From Selaginella moellendorffii (Eukaryota > Plantae > Lycopodiophyta), in NCBI RefSeq assembly GCF_000143415.4, contig NW_003314323.1, positions 624,499 to 688,498 of the forward strand: DNA of 64,000 nt, given 5' to 3'. The translations under genes and the position numbers were made by a program. Within the stretch, counting starts at the first letter, position 1; each line of letters opens with the position of its first letter. The notes beneath the pieces are model-generated. The model was not told the DNA's origin. It saw nothing but the letters and a program-made list of their open reading frames with translations, and did not search any database. Below are positions 1 to 10,394 of this stretch, in pieces.

Positions 1-1139
1 TTTCTTTCTCACTCGCATTACAGGAAAAGGAGGAACTTTTAGACGACTACAAGGTTAAAATTGAAGAGCTGCAGATTGCTCTACTGGAATGCTCTACGGA
101 GTATGAAGTCAAGGCAAGTTTTGTTTGTATGCCAACATTTCTTCTATTTGGTCTTCTAAATTCTTCTTTTTGCTTATTGCAGATAGTTGAAATGAAAATG
201 ATGATGCTAAACTTGAAATCTCAGTATCGGCAGCAGATGACGACTACCGGAAACGCCCATATCAATGTGAAACTTCTACAGCCGCCAACGACGAAAGAGT
301 TTTCCTTGGTTACAAACAACCAAGCGAAACAAAACGTTGATTTTCTGAAGAAGCAAATGCAAAAGCTCAAGCAGGATAAAGAAAATTTGAGCAGGGAGCT
401 CTTTTCTATGAAAAAGAAGCAGAGGTACGTGGTCATCATCCCAAGCCCGCTTCTCGAACTAAATTTCTTGCCAGGCAATCTGAGAAGCAGAAGAAAAGCC
501 TTGACGACGCGTTGAACAAAGTCTCTTGCTTAAGAAGGTCAGCACCAGGAACTAAAACGGTATAATGTTCCAAATACCGGGGCTGAACTACTGGGCTTAG
601 TTTAATGATTTCAGAGACCTGGCAAGACGAGACGAGGAGATATTGGATTCTCATCTAAGAGAGAAAGAACAGAGAGCTCAGCTGCATGAACTTCACCATG
701 CGCTACAAAACGCGAGAGCGGCTCAGGCAGAGCCTGGAAAGCTGCTGGCGCTGCTTCCGGTGCTCAGAAACTGGCTAAAATCTGTTAAAAAGGTATTTGT
801 CAAGCAAACTTTTTTTCATTGACCAAGCAAAGTTCTTTTCATTTGTTCTTCAGGGTCAATATTACTACGAGCCGAATCTAATACACAGCTTAGAACCTTT
901 CGTCCAGTCGCAGGCATTTACGAGAAAAACGCCATCAAAGGCAAGTCTATCCTTTTCGTCGATTTTTGCTATACTAACTAGTGAAGGTTCCGACACAGAC
1001 GCCGCTGGCGATAACAGCAGACTATGCTAAAGAGAATCGCCAGGGACCTCGAGTTGACAAGATTGTCGGGTCAGTGACGAAAGAAATCCAAGCATTGCAA
1101 AAGGCACTCGAGAAGCTTGCATGCGGGAGATATCAGTAA
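1..1139 (+). CDS. 3' part of a multi-exon coiled-coil protein gene of unknown function (5' end outside window)
   Basis: Exons splice in frame (..KQNVDFLKKQMQKLKQDKENLSRELF.. DLARRDEEILDSHLREKEQ.. GQYYYEPNLIH.. VPTQTPLAITADYAKENRQ..KLACGRYQ*, TAA 1137-1139); two AAG|GCAAGT donors at 114 and 941; second copy at 13233-14395. Confidence 0.6.
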
Positions 1140-1181
1140 AGGTCAATGAATTTCCTCTCATAGAATTGTTGCGGGAGTCTC

Positions 1182-3419
1182 ATGTTTCTTACTTCCAGGC
1201 GATTGAAATGGCAGCAGAGGCTGAGAAGACGGAAGAGAGGCTATTCTAAGCACGCAGCAAAGGAAGAAGTAACCCAACCAAGTCTGGAGGTTCTTTCGTC
1301 CTTGCTCCTGCAGTGCCTGGACGTGGAAGTCGCTCGCCACGTTCACTCCCACATCTCCAATCACGGGCTGGAAGCGTCGCTAGCGGACCAGCTCGTGGCG
1401 ACGTACGTGAGGCTTGGATGTTTGAGTGAAGCTCACCAAGTACTTAACAGGAACTCTTGCTCGGGGCTGGGGACATGGAGTGGGATCATCACGGGGTATG
1501 TCCAGAATGGGCAGCGGGCAGCGGCATTTTTTCTCTTCCGGAAAATGCAGCAGGACGGCATCGCTCCCAACAAGTTCGTGCTGGTGAGAGTCTTGAGCAG
1601 TGGTTGCTCGAGCCTCGCACAGGGAAAGCTGGCTCACGCGTGTTTATCAGAGGCAACGAGTGGCTCCGACCGTGTTGCTGGAAACGCAGCGATCAACATG
1701 TATGGGAAGTTTGGGTGCGTGGAATCGGCAAAGGCAGTGTTTGACAGAGTTTTGGAGCGGGATATCATCACCTGGACGTTGATGGTCTCTGCGTATGCCC
1801 AAAACGGGCATACCCGAGAGGCATTTCAAGTCTTTGGGAAGATGCTGGTGGAGGGGGTGGTGCCAAACAAGGTGACTTTTCTGGCTATACTCAACGCTTG
1901 CTCGAGCTCGTCACAGGCTGGTTTTGTCCATCGGTTGCTCTTTGAGAGCGGGTTCCAGTTCACCGCCATGGTAGAGTCCTCTCTCGTGGACGCGTATGGC
2001 AAATGCAAGAACGTCAGTGCTGCAAGGGCAGTGTTTAGCTCGATGACGGACAAGACCAACGTGGTGACTTGGAACGCTTTCATCAGAGCTTTGGCCAGCA
2101 GCAGAGATGCGAGTGGAGCTCTTCAAACGTTTCGAAGCTTGCTGCTCCAAGGCTTGGTTCCCGACACGGTTACATTCATCAATGCCAGCCAGGGAGCGAA
2201 AACTCCTCCGGAAGCAAAGTACCTCGAAACTTGCCGCCAGGAGAGTGGGGTTCAACTGGACATAGCTCTCGGCAACGCTCTCATCAACATGTTTGGCGGC
2301 AGCAGCCAGGCTTGCGAAGCTCGGAGAGTTTTCGATGCGACTCACAACAAGAACATCGTCTCCTGGAACGCGATGCTGTCGGCTTACTCTCAGAACGGAC
2401 ACTTCGAAGAGACGATCGCACTCTTCAAACAGATGGCCTCGACCAAGACGGTGAAGCCCGATAAGCTTACGTTCGCGTCGGTTCTAAGCTCGTGTGCGAA
2501 CCTCGAGAACCTCCGGGAAGGAAAGCTAGCGCACGCAGCAGCAGTGGAAGCTGGCCTGGAGTTCGCAGTGCCCGTAGCTGCGACGCTCATCCAGATGTAC
2601 TCCAAGTGCCACTGCCTCGAAGAAGCCAGGGACATTTTCAGCCGGAGTCCATCCTCGGACGTGGTAGCGTGGACTGTGATGATCTCGGCCTATGCTCAAA
2701 ACGGTCGACCCCAGGAAGCCATCGCTCTCTTCTTCCGCATGACAGTGCCTCCAGATGGCGTGGCCTTCGCCACCGCCCTGGGAGCCTGTGCGAGTGCCGA
2801 GAACTTGGAGGCCGGAAGAGTGGTCCGAGCACAGATCGTGGAGCTTGGGCTGGACGCTGAGAGGGCGGTGGCCAACGCGGTGCTGGACCTCTACGGCAAG
2901 TGTGCCGAGATCGTCGAGACAGCGGAGATCTTCGGCAGGATGAGGCAGCGAGACAGAGTTTCGTGGAACACTATGGTGGCGGCGTATGCCCGAGCCGGGC
3001 ATACCGCCGGGAGCCTGTGGTGCTTCCGGGCGATGCAGCTGGAGGGCGTTTGTCCGAGCGAGGTGAGCTTGGTGAGCGTGCTCTCGACATACAGCCACGC
3101 GGGTCTCGTCGAGCAGGGCTGCCAGTGCTTCGCCTCCATCGCGAGCGACTATGGGATGGTTCCATCGCGCGAGCAGCAGGGGTGTGTGGTGGATCTCCTG
3201 GGCCGAGCGGGGTCGTGGATTGCGGAGGATTTGATCCGGGTGGTGGCTCCATCCACGTCGAGCTCCGAGCTGTGGAAGGCGGTGTTGAGCGCTTGCAGGA
3301 TCCACTCGGACGTGGAGCTGGGCGAGTGTGCGGCTGCTTGTGTTCTGGAGATGGATCCTGGCAGTGACTCCGCTCATATCATCTTGTCCAGCATCTATGC
3401 TATGGATCATCCAACTTAG
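1182..3419 (+). CDS. PLS-class PPR protein with C-terminal E domain, no DYW; probable organellar RNA-editing factor
   Basis: Intronless 745-aa ORF with repeated motifs (NALINMF, DVVAWTVMISAYAQNG, VSWNAMLSAYSQNG); E domain ELWKAVLSACRIHSDVELGECAA; Arg-rich N-terminus ending RGYS resembles a mitochondrial presequence. Confidence 0.93.
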   Translation: MFLTSRRLKWQQRLRRRKRGYSKHAAKEEVTQPSLEVLSSLLLQCLDVEVARHVHSHISNHGLEASLADQLVATYVRLGCLSEAHQVLNRNSCSGLGTWSGIITGYVQNGQRAAAFFLFRKMQQDGIAPNKFVLVRVLSSGCSSLAQGKLAHACLSEATSGSDRVAGNAAINMYGKFGCVESAKAVFDRVLERDIITWTLMVSAYAQNGHTREAFQVFGKMLVEGVVPNKVTFLAILNACSSSSQAGFVHRLLFESGFQFTAMVESSLVDAYGKCKNVSAARAVFSSMTDKTNVVTWNAFIRALASSRDASGALQTFRSLLLQGLVPDTVTFINASQGAKTPPEAKYLETCRQESGVQLDIALGNALINMFGGSSQACEARRVFDATHNKNIVSWNAMLSAYSQNGHFEETIALFKQMASTKTVKPDKLTFASVLSSCANLENLREGKLAHAAAVEAGLEFAVPVAATLIQMYSKCHCLEEARDIFSRSPSSDVVAWTVMISAYAQNGRPQEAIALFFRMTVPPDGVAFATALGACASAENLEAGRVVRAQIVELGLDAERAVANAVLDLYGKCAEIVETAEIFGRMRQRDRVSWNTMVAAYARAGHTAGSLWCFRAMQLEGVCPSEVSLVSVLSTYSHAGLVEQGCQCFASIASDYGMVPSREQQGCVVDLLGRAGSWIAEDLIRVVAPSTSSSELWKAVLSACRIHSDVELGECAAACVLEMDPGSDSAHIILSSIYAMDHPT

Positions 3420-3901
3420 ATGGAGTTTCTTGAGTGTGATCCTCGAAAACCATGCAGAGAAACTTCTCTTGAGGACTTTTCCATAGCCTGTTGACATTGT
3501 GACAAGGATATAGTCTGAAAGGATTCTAAGCTTGCGAAGAAACCATGCGGTGGCAAAGAAGGACATGATCTTGGTTCCTGCGACGACTTCCTTGGTATGA
3601 TTTCGCAATGTCTGGCGGTATCGAAGGTTTAGCCGAGAATCCCGAGCGGTTTCTTTTCTGGTGATGCATCCGCGGAAGACTTCGGCGAGTGGATAAGCAC
3701 GGAAAATTGTACAAAAGTCTGGACAGAATGGTGGCGTGCCAGCGACTTGAAAATGGTCGCGTTTTTTTTTGACAAGTCATGTGGCGAGTTTGGTGGGAAG
3801 ACCAGCATGATTAAAGTCTTTGTCGGAAGCTCCGGATCATCTCATCACAATCACAAGCTTTTCTCGAGATGGATCGCCGATTTAGAGGTTTGCTTTGCTC
3901 T

Positions 3902-4177
3902 ATGATGAGGCGATTTGGAGTGATGTTCCTGGTGCTCTTGGCGCTGGCGGCGGTGGCCACGGAGGTGGAGGCGCAGCAGCAGTGCTTCAGCGAGCGTGCA
4001 TGCTTGCCGGGAGGATTGGACTGCGATACCTACTGCAAGTCTTGCCATTTCTTCCAAGCGGGCCAGCGATGCGTCAAGTGCAAGGGCGGGAGCTGCGATA
4101 TCTTCTTAAGGTGCATCTGTGATGCACCGTGCAGCTTCTCAAACTGCCCAATGCTCTCAGGCTGGAAAACAGCCTGA
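3902..4177 (+). CDS. Secreted 12-cysteine defensin-like peptide, copy 1
   Basis: Signal peptide MMRRFGVMFLVLLALAAVATEVEA then QQQC..; Cys spacing C5C6C3C2C8C2C4C5C1C3C4C with CxxxC and GxC-x5-CxC; AATAAA at 4218. Confidence 0.85.
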   Translation: MMRRFGVMFLVLLALAAVATEVEAQQQCFSERACLPGGLDCDTYCKSCHFFQAGQRCVKCKGGSCDIFLRCICDAPCSFSNCPMLSGWKTA

Positions 4178-4500
4178 CTCTGTTGCTTGCTTCTCGCAAG
4201 GTGTGTTCTATCCATGAAATAAAAGTGTCAGCTTATGTTAAGGACAAAATTAGTCGTTAAGCCTACTAGCACAGACGGCACAGTTGAAATCCTGTTGGCG
4301 ATCAAGTGGAAGGATGTGAAATCCAGTTTACTTATCCGGGTAAGCTTCGCAAGTAGAGAAAGGAGCTGGTTGATTTTGGTTTTGCTGCCAGTGGTTTAAA
4401 GAATGTTTCATGCCAGAATGCAAGCAGTGGAGCTTTCAGGGGGTCCTGCTTGGTCACAGTAGGCTTCACTGGTACTCGGCAATGATCTGCACTGTCTGCT

Positions 4501-4830
4501 CGCACCGCTGATCGAAAGGCTCAAGCTGGACTTGTTTGTGCCTGGTTTCCAAGAGAGGAAAAAAAGTAAGAACTTTGAAAGATCTCAAGAATTTGGAAGG
4601 ATCTGTAGGTTTTACCTACTATTGGATTCGAACTAATGACCCTCGCCGTATGAAAGCGATACTCTGACCGCTGAGTTAACCGATCTCCTCTTGTAGCCAT
4701 GCCAGGATCGCCTCCGACTGTCTGCATTTGCCCGAATCAGGATGAGGCCCGGATCTCGGCGTCGGCGCTGGCATTTTGGGATACTGCATTCTAGTAGCAG
4801 CGAACAGTGTCTGCGCTCAACACCCTGATC
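4501..4830 (-). pseudogene. Scrambled, mostly inverted AUG5 5' fragments
   Basis: 4501-4585 is the reverse complement of AUG5 exon 2 start/intron 1; 4680-4738 is the reverse complement of the start region; 4740-4810 is upstream sequence in forward orientation; 4811-4830 is reversed again. Confidence 0.8.
4613..4679 (-). pseudogene. trnM-CAU: Plastid-type tRNA-Met(CAU) fragment (positions 7-73) inserted in the AUG5 remnant
   Basis: Minus strand reads TTAACTCAGCGGTCAGAGTATCGCTTTCATACGGCGAGGGTCATTAGTTCGAATCCAATAGTAGGTA: anticodon stem TCGCT/GGCGA around CAT, TTCGAAT T-loop, plastid trnM 3' end ATAGTAGGTA; first 6 nt missing. Confidence 0.8.
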
Positions 4831-4867
4831 ACCCAGGACGATCGAGTTTAAAATCTACCGTACGTTT

Positions 4868-6090
4868 TTAGGGTTCTATAGAAACTTGCTCACCGTACAG
4901 TTTATTTACCGTACAGTCTCTTACATAGAGCTCGGTCTCCACAATAAACTTGGGGTCCTTCGTCGCCAGTAGAGCATGCTCGAGGTAGGGAACCGCACCT
5001 CTACGCGTTATAGAAGCACCACGATCAACTTTGACCTCAATAGGGTTTAGCTCTTCGAACCACGCATTTGCCCGCTCAAGCTCCTCCGCACCAAAAAGCC
5101 CGGTGTAATTCGTTTCGCCTGCAACCGAGTGAGTCTCGCAGGGACATCACAAAGAAGCTCTCGCCTTACCATCTTTAAACATGAGGCTCAGGTACAGGTG
5201 CACAGTACTCGCCACCTTGTAGCACGCAAAATATGAGCTCAGTCTTTCAACGTTTCTTGCACATGATCATCTTTACCATCCGTAACTGCTGGTCGACTCC
5301 CCGATTAGAGCAAACCTGGAGGAACTGTTGGCTGGTTTCATCAGAGCCCGGATAGCTGGCAAAAGCAAACAGCAGATTCATTATGTCCCTGAGTAACTTG
5401 AACGTCGAGTCGTGGATCTGAATATCAACTGAGAAGCACGATTAACTTAGTTGCAAATACATATAACTCACCTTAACGAGCTTCAACGTAGAATCATAGC
5501 ACTGACTTGTAGAAACAAGGCGATCACGATTTACCGCCAACTCCATGAGCGCCTCTGCCATTTTAAACACCTCCCGCAAGCCCATGCCGGATAGCACTGA
5601 GAGACTACGGAAAAGCAAGAATGAATGATCCGGCCTCACCAAGGAAAGCTCTTCCACAATAGACAAGTGCAGAGCAATCATCTGGCACTTCATCAAGAGA
5701 CACTGTACAAAAGAATCAGATCGAACATGGAGTTACTACTACCGGTCGTGCTGCATGGACCAACAATGGTTCGCAACCTGATGAAGGTTTCCAAGCTGCA
5801 GTTCGGGAGAAGGGCGGCTTTCACCTGCAATGTGACTGTCAGAATAAATCGTAACTGGTGCTTGTTACCTTACCAACAGCATAGGCCTTCCATAAACCCT
5901 GTGAACACCACAGTTGGGTGTTGCATACAAAATGAGCGAAAAAAAGGAGTTACCAGATGCGCAAAACATTCTAGCTGCCGATGAGCAGCTCCAGGACTTC
6001 GCCCTTGGAGCGTGAAGCAAAGGAAAGAGCGAAACTGAGCGAAACTGAGTAGGAAACGACTTGTTGTCCAGCTCAGAGCAGCATCTGAGA
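4868..6090 (-). pseudogene. Inverted copy of orphan gene X
   Basis: Reverse complement of about 20700-22060 and 8900-10270 (e.g. SGMGLREVFKMAEALM, NRDRLVSTSQCY) with deletions. Confidence 0.75.
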
Positions 6091-6168
6091 TAAGATCTCT
6101 CTCGCGACTTGTTGTCCAGCTCAGAGCAGCATCTTACATCCAGCTTTATCTTGGTTAAAGTGGCCTGT

Positions 6169-7679
6169 TAAAGTTGCTCGAGCTCGTTACAGGCTGGTTT
6201 TGTGCATCGGTTGCTCTTTGAGAGCGGGTTCCAGTTCAACGCCATGGTAGAGTCCTCTCTCGTGGACGCATATGGCAAATGCAAGAACGTCAGTGCTGCA
6301 ACGACAGTGTTTAGCTCCATGACGGACAAGACCAACGTGGTGTCTTGGAACGCTTTCAACAGAGCTTTGGCCAGCAGCAGAGATGCGAGTGGAGCTCTTC
6401 AAACGTTTCGAAGCTTGCTGCTCCAAGGCTTGGTTCCCGACACGGTTACGTTCATCAATGCCAGCCAGGGAGCGAGAACTCCTCCGGATGCAAAGTATCT
6501 TGAAACTTGCCGCCAGGAGGGTGGGGTTCAACTGGACATAGCTCTCGGCAACGCTCTCATCAACATGTTTGGCGGCAGCAGCCAGGGTTGCGAAGCTCGG
6601 AGAGTTTTCGATGCGACTCACAGTCACAACAAGAACATCGTTTCCTGGAACGCGATGCTGTCGGCTTACTCTCAGAACGGACACTTCGAAGAGACGATCG
6701 CACTCTTTAAACAGATGGCCTACCAAAACAGTCGTTCACGTCGGTTCTAAGCTCGTGTGCGAACCTCGAGAACCTCCGGGAAGGAAAGCTAGCACACGCA
6801 GCAGCAGTGGAAGCTGGCCTGGAGTTTGCAGTGCCCGTAGCTGCTACGCTCATCCAGATGTACTCCAAGTGCCACTGCCTCGAAGAAGCCAGGGACATTT
6901 TCAGCCGGAGTCCATCCTCGGACGTGGTAGCGTGGACTGTGATGATCTCGGCCTATGCTCAGAACGGTCGACCCCAGGAAGCCATCGCTCTCTTCTTCCG
7001 CATAACAGTCCCGCCAGATGGCGTTGGCTTTGCCACCGCTCTGGAAGCCTGTGCGAGAGCCGAGAACTTGGAGGCCGGAGTGGTCCGAGCAAAGATCGTG
7101 GAACTCGGGCTGGACGCTGAGAGGGCGGTGGCCGACGCGGTGCTGGACCTATACGGCAAGTGTGCCGAGATCGTCGAGACAGCGGAGATCTTCGACAGGA
7201 TGAGGCAGCGAGACAGAGTTTCGTGGAACACTATGGTGGCGGCGTATGCCCGAGCCGGGCATACCGCCGGGAGCCTGTGGTGCTTCCGGGCGATGCAGCT
7301 GGAGGGCGTTTGTCCGAGCGAGGTGAGCTTGGTGAGCGTGCTCTCGACATACAGCCACGCGGGTCTCGTCGAGCAGGGCTGCCAGTGCTTCGCCTCCATC
7401 GCGAGTGACTATGGGATGGTTCCATCGCGCGAGCAGCAGGGGTGTGTGGTGGATCTCCTGGGCCGAGCGGGGTCGTGGATTGCGGAGGATTTGATCCGGG
7501 TGGTGGCTCCATCCACGTCGAGCTCCGAGCTGTGGAAGGCGGTGTTGAGCTCTTGCAGGATCCACTCGGACGTGGAGCTGGGCGACTGCGCGGCTGCTTG
7601 CGTTCTGGAGATGGATCCTGGCAGTGACTCCGCTCATATCATCTTGTCCAATATCTATGCTATGGATCATCCAACTTAG
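6169..7679 (+). pseudogene. PPR-E copy 2, 5'-truncated and frameshifted
   Basis: Near-identical to 1897-3419; lacks the first ~240 codons; frame break near 6720-6745; 3' 290 codons remain open. Confidence 0.88.
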
Positions 7680-8142
7680 ATGGAGTTTCTTGAGTGTGAT
7701 CCTCGAAAACCATGCAGAGAAACTTCTCTTGAGGACTTTTCTATAGCCTGTTGACATTGTGACAAGGATATAGTCTGAAAGGATTCTAAGCTTGCGAAGA
7801 AACCATGCGGTGGCAAAGAAGGATATGGTCTTGGTTCCTGCGACGACTTCCTTGGTATGATTTCGCAATGTCGGGCGCTGTCGAAGTTTTAGCCGAGAAT
7901 CCCGAGCGGCTTATTTTCTGGTCCACGGAAGACTTCGGGCCGAGTGGATAAGCACGGAAAATTGTACAAAAGTCTGAGCAGAATGGTGGCGTGCCAGCGA
8001 CTTGAAAATGGTCGCGTTTTTTTGACAAGTTGGCGAGTTTGGTGGGAAGACCAGCGTGATTAAAGTCTTTGCGACTTGAAAGATGGAAAGATGGGGCCCC
8101 AGGAAGTAACTCGGAAGCCCCGGATCATCTCAGCACTCGGTT

Positions 8143-8150
8143 GTATAAAA
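8143..8150 (+). promoter_or_regulatory. TATA box of 12-Cys peptide copy 2
   Basis: GTATAAAA about 70 nt before the ATG; equivalent GTATAAA at 19964 in copy 3. Confidence 0.55.
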
Positions 8151-8214
8151 TCGCAAGCTTTTCTCGAGATCGGTCGCCGATTTAGAGGTTTGCTTGCTCA
8201 TGCTTTGCTCTACG

Positions 8215-8475
8215 ATGAGGCGATTTGGAGTGATGTTCCTGGTGCTCTTGGCGCTGGCGGCGGTGGCCACGGAGGTGGAGGCGCAGCAGCAGTGCTTCCG
8301 CGAGAATGCATGCCTGCCGGGAGGATTGAGCTGCAACTCCTATTGCAAGTCTTGCCATTTCTTCCAGGCGGGCCAGCGATGCGTCAAGTGCAGGGGCGGG
8401 AGCTGCACCCTGTTTGGAAGATGCATCTGTGATGCACCGTGCAGCTTCTCAAACTGTCCAACGTATTCAGGCTAG
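8215..8475 (+). CDS. Secreted 12-cysteine defensin-like peptide, copy 2
   Basis: Same signal peptide and 12-Cys skeleton; ends NCPTYSG*; TATA upstream and AATAAA near 8527. Confidence 0.87.
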   Translation: MRRFGVMFLVLLALAAVATEVEAQQQCFRENACLPGGLSCNSYCKSCHFFQAGQRCVKCRGGSCTLFGRCICDAPCSFSNCPTYSG

Positions 8476-8799
8476 AAAACAGCCTGACTCTGACTCTGTT
8501 GCTTGCGGTGTGTTCTATCTTCATGAAATAAAAGATGTGTTCGGTGTCAGCCTAAGTTAATCAAAAAGAGGACTCGCTTTAAGGAAGGGTAAAGTTTAAC
8601 ATATAAAGCAAAACCCTGTTACAGTTGAAATCCACGGATATCCTGTTGGCGATGAAGCGGAAGGATGTGAAATCCGGGTAAGCTTCGCAAGTAGAGAAAG
8701 GAGCTGGCTGACTTTGTTTTTGCTGCCAGTCGTTTGAAGAATGTTCCACTGCCAGAGCCTACAACGCAAGCAGTGGAGCTTTCGGGGTCCTGCTTGGTC

Positions 8800-10270
8800 A
8801 CGGTAGGCTAGCTAGTTCATTTGGAACTGCTTTCTTCAGGGGTGTTTTGGAGCAGTTGTCGATGATTCCATCGCCAACGGAGTCTTGCTATCCCTTATCA
8901 TAAGATGCTGCTCTGAGCTTGACAACAAGTCGTTTCCTACTCTGGTGTCCAGTGCCGCTCTTTGCTCTGATTCACGCTCCAAGGGAAGTCCTTGAGCTGC
9001 TCATCGGGTTTGGCGAGCAGCTAGAACGTTTTGCGCATCTGGTAACTCCTTTTTTTCGCTCATTTTGTATGCAACACCCAACTGTGGTGTTCACTGGGTA
9101 CCCTAAATGCTCATGCTGTTGGTAAACTAACAAGCACCAGTTATGATTTTCACATCCTAGGTGAGAGCCGCCCTTCTCCCGAACTGCAGCTCGGAAACTT
9201 TGATCAGGTTTCGAACCATTGTTGGTCCATGCAGCACGACCGGTAGTCGTAACTCTTTCCGTGCATGTTTGATCTGAGTCTTTTGTACAGTGTCTCTTGA
9301 TGAAGTGCCAGATGATTGCTCTGCACTTGTCTATTGTGGAGGAGCTTTCCTTGGTGAGGCCGGATCATTCATTCGTGCTTTCCGTAACCGTCTTGTTTGT
9401 ATTGTCTATGGATGCTAAGGACGGAGCAGCGATCCGGCATGGGTTTGCAGGAGGTGTTTAAAATGGCAGGGGCGCTCTTGGCCACCGGTGCGACTCGGCT
9501 GATCCGCAGGGCATTTGACATTATCGAGTTGGCGATAAATCGTGACCGCCTTGTTTATACAAGTCAGTGCTATGGTTCTCTCGTCAAGGTGAGTTATATG
9601 TATTTGCAACTAAGTTAATCGTGCTTAGTAGCGAAGCCATCAAGGCGGCGCACTCGCTTATTACCGATTTTGCAATCTGCAAAATCGAGCTCACGGTTGA
9701 TTTGGCAGTTCTTTCTCATGCTAACAATACCCAAGGGCATTGACAAGTGGCCGGTGGGAAAGGAAGGCCAGGAGAAGACGTTCGCTGTTTGCTTTCGCCC
9801 TCTATCCGGGCTCTGATGAAACCAGCCAACAGTTCCTCCAGGTTTGCTCTAATCGGGGAGTCGACCAACAGTTGCAACGTTGAAAGACTGAGCTCATATT
9901 TTGCGTGCTACAAGGTGGCGAGTACTGTGTACCTGTACCTGAGCCTCATGTTTAAAGATGGTAAGGCGAGAGCTTCTTTGTGATGTCTCTGCGAGACTCA
10001 CTCGGTTGCAGGCGAAACGAGTTACACTTGGCTTTTTGGTGCGGAGGAGCTTGAGCGGGCAAATGCGTGGTTCGAAGAGCTAAACGCGCAATCTATGGAG
10101 GTCAAAGTTGATCGTGGTGCTTCTATAACGCGTAGAAGTGCGGTTCCCTACCTCGAGCATGCTCTACCCAAGTTTATTGTGGAGAACGGCCTTCCTTCCG
10201 AGCTCTAACGCATGTAAGAGACTGTACGGTAGATAAACTGTACGGAGACCAAGTTTCTATAGCACCCTAA
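8800..10270 (+). pseudogene. Orphan gene X copy 2 (disrupted)
   Basis: Colinear with 20600-22060 with several indels, including loss of an intron donor near 9683. Confidence 0.65.
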
Positions 10271-10394
10271 AATGTTCTAGGGCTTAGTGATCGTCAGGGT
10301 GTTGAGCGCAGGGATGAGGCACGGATCTCGGCGTCGGCGCTGGCATTTTGGGATACTGCATTCTAGTAGCAGCGAACACTCTTGATTCGGGCAA

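Noticed and set aside
2526-3608. 360-aa antisense ORF over the PPR gene (and similar shadows at 7149-7868 and 30705-31301)
   Set aside because: Expected shadow of GC-rich coding sequence; no recognisable motifs
3902-4177. Snakin/GASA assignment (12 Cys, ends in xCP)
   Set aside because: No CC doublet and the spacing differs from GASA
4605-4679. Apparent circularly permuted tRNA: the missing ACCTAC appears just after the 3' end
   Set aside because: The CTAC belongs to the interrupted AUG5 target sequence (ggctacagatc), so no permuted gene is needed
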